In this document: positions 38,733-40,090 of the stretch, piece after piece
How the letters are laid out: every line of letters starts with the position of its first letter
How positions within the stretch are numbered: position 1 is the stretch's first letter
Source of the DNA: a virus
DNA: 40,090 nucleotides
Reading direction: 5' to 3' (one strand)
IMG/VR virus record: IMGVR_UViG_3300048890_000052
Coordinates: 1-40,090 of that record
Position numbers and translations under genes: made by a program
The notes under the pieces: generated by a model
Seen by the model: only the letters and a program-made list of their open reading frames with translations
Database searches by the model: none
Told to the model about the DNA's origin: nothing

Positions 38733-40061
38733 GTGAGCGGCGCCGGCACCGCCTGCACAAAGCGAGCGTCTTTATACAGCAAGTCAATATAGCCAGAACA
38801 CGCAATACCGTTGCGCAGTGTAGTCTTTACGCCAAGATTGGGCGGCGCAATGTAGTTGACAGGTGAAGCGGTAGTGGGGACGGGTGAACTATCTCGGCTG
38901 CACAATATCAAACGTTCTGTCAGCGCAGGCAGTGCGTTACTTGCCACTGTTGCGTTGCTGTTCCGTAGAATTTGGCCGCCCGACATGCGAACAGAAAATT
39001 CTTGTGTGCCGGTAAGGGCATTGGCTTCCACAATAATCCGGCACCGGATAGGCGTAGTATTCTGGATTACCGGGTAACGAGTTGTTCCGGTCTGGTACTC
39101 ATGGAGTTCAATAGCGTCATTAGCGGTAGGCGTGCCGCTAATCGTCATCCGAACACATGTCAGGTCTGTTCGACCCAGCAAAGTATTAAGATACGTGTTG
39201 GCTACTTGGGAAAGTGTTACCGTCACGTTGCCGCTGATGCTGCCAGCTAATTCCATGCCGTCCGGCACACTGCCGACAACGGAGGCAGTGCCGGTCTTGG
39301 TAAGGCTATCGGTACCCGTTGCTCCCTCCGAGAATGGGTTTTTGTTGAGGTTCGCGGCCAGCCCGACCGTGGGATAGGCGCCCGCGCCGAAATATGCCTG
39401 ATATACGTCAGCCTTGCTGCCAATGCGCAACGGCGTGGCACGAAACAGCGCCGCGATCTGCGGAGCCATCATCTTGCCTTCGAGGTAGGCACCATAATAG
39501 CTCTCATGGGTTCCGTCCTTCGTGGTCGCAAACGCTGCGCCGCCCGTGCCCCCGATCGGAATGCCGGTCGTGGATGCAGGATCGATGGTCGCGAGATAGT
39601 GTTTGATGACCTTCACGTCCGTCTGTGTCTTGCACCAGTCTTCAAGACGCGAATTGATAGAGCCGATATTAGCCGCCGTGGTCGCACTTGCGCCGGTCCC
39701 GATCGGGGGAACATCATTGACGAGAAACAATTTTGCCCCCGCCGTCCGGCAGGCATTGATGACCTTACGTAGAGAGGCAAGATGCGCGGTGTCGTCGACA
39801 AGCGAGTTGGTGCCGACCTGTATCCACAGCACTACGTTATCGCCTGCGGCTGCGCGCGCCGTCACGCGAGCTACGATCACTGCCACATTGGTATCATGCG
39901 CAAAACCCAGCACGGTCGCCGTACCGGAGCCATTATTAGCGGCTGTCGTCGTAGTATTGTTGCAGAGCGCGCCGTTAACACCGCAGTTGTCGGTCGCGCT
40001 GTCATATTGGTACTCGACACCGGCCAAACCGAGCGCCCAAAATGCAAAGCTATCCGCTGCA
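38729..40061 (-). CDS. Tail fiber with SGNH/GDSL esterase domain, C-terminal segment (joins 1-179; total 503 aa)
   Basis: SGNH blocks are present: GDS (in the 1-179 part), VGTNSL (GxN-type block III), DGTHES (DxxH block V). Visibly lower GC than the rest of the genome. Confidence 0.8.
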
Positions 40062-40090
40062 TCCCCGCCCGCAAGCTGGGATTTACTGTC
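40062..40090. repeat. Terminal overlap copy 2 (identical to 1-29)
   Basis: Exact 29-nt identity with the window start. Confidence 0.95.

Larger units (their letters stand above)
1..40090. mobile_element. Complete temperate podovirus-like phage genome, circular or circularly permuted (unit length 40061 bp)
   Basis: Packaging, virion, lysis, replication, immunity and integration modules are all present. The 29-bp ends are identical and an ORF is continuous across the junction. No host-like housekeeping genes are seen. Confidence 0.8.

Overview
This window is a complete high-GC phage genome of about 40.06 kb that closes on itself. Bases 1-29 are identical to 40062-40090, and a tail-fiber gene reads in frame across that junction. 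The sequence is therefore circular or circularly permuted (assembly overlap), and no host flank is present. The content is a mosaic temperate podovirus. The minus strand carries a T7-like virion module: terS, terL, portal, scaffold, major capsid, tail tubular A/B, a block of internal virion proteins, a tailspike, a lysis cassette and an SGNH-esterase tail fiber. There is no phage RNA or DNA polymerase. Replication functions are a Toprim primase-like protein and a P-loop helicase in one tightly coupled minus-strand operon. An immunity region holds two divergent XRE-type HTH regulators, four 17-bp operators, and two moron-like genes (a lipoprotein and a secreted SNase-like nuclease). A 5.5-kb plus-strand operon of small unknown genes ends in an HNH endonuclease and a tyrosine integrase. 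Next to it is an attP-like region containing only the 5' half of a tRNA-Gly(CCC). Nearly all genes are linked by 1-4 nt stop/start overlaps. Five signals are not explained by the gene list. (1) A 246-bp dyad-symmetric array of twelve GGTTGCA(A/G) octamers sits inside a 1.1-kb gene desert. (2) A conserved ~67-nt structured cassette fills the only two gaps in the internal-virion-protein block, with a diverged third copy in the capsid leader. (3) A (Gly-X)n hexanucleotide repeat ORF is followed, after a single in-frame TGA, by a DUF4326-like ORF with no start codon of its own. (4) Two operator pairs with identical 33-bp spacing lie ~970 bp apart. (5) A GNAT-like domain sits inside an ejected lysozyme-bearing internal virion protein. 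All functional calls come from motif recognition by eye; no database search was run.
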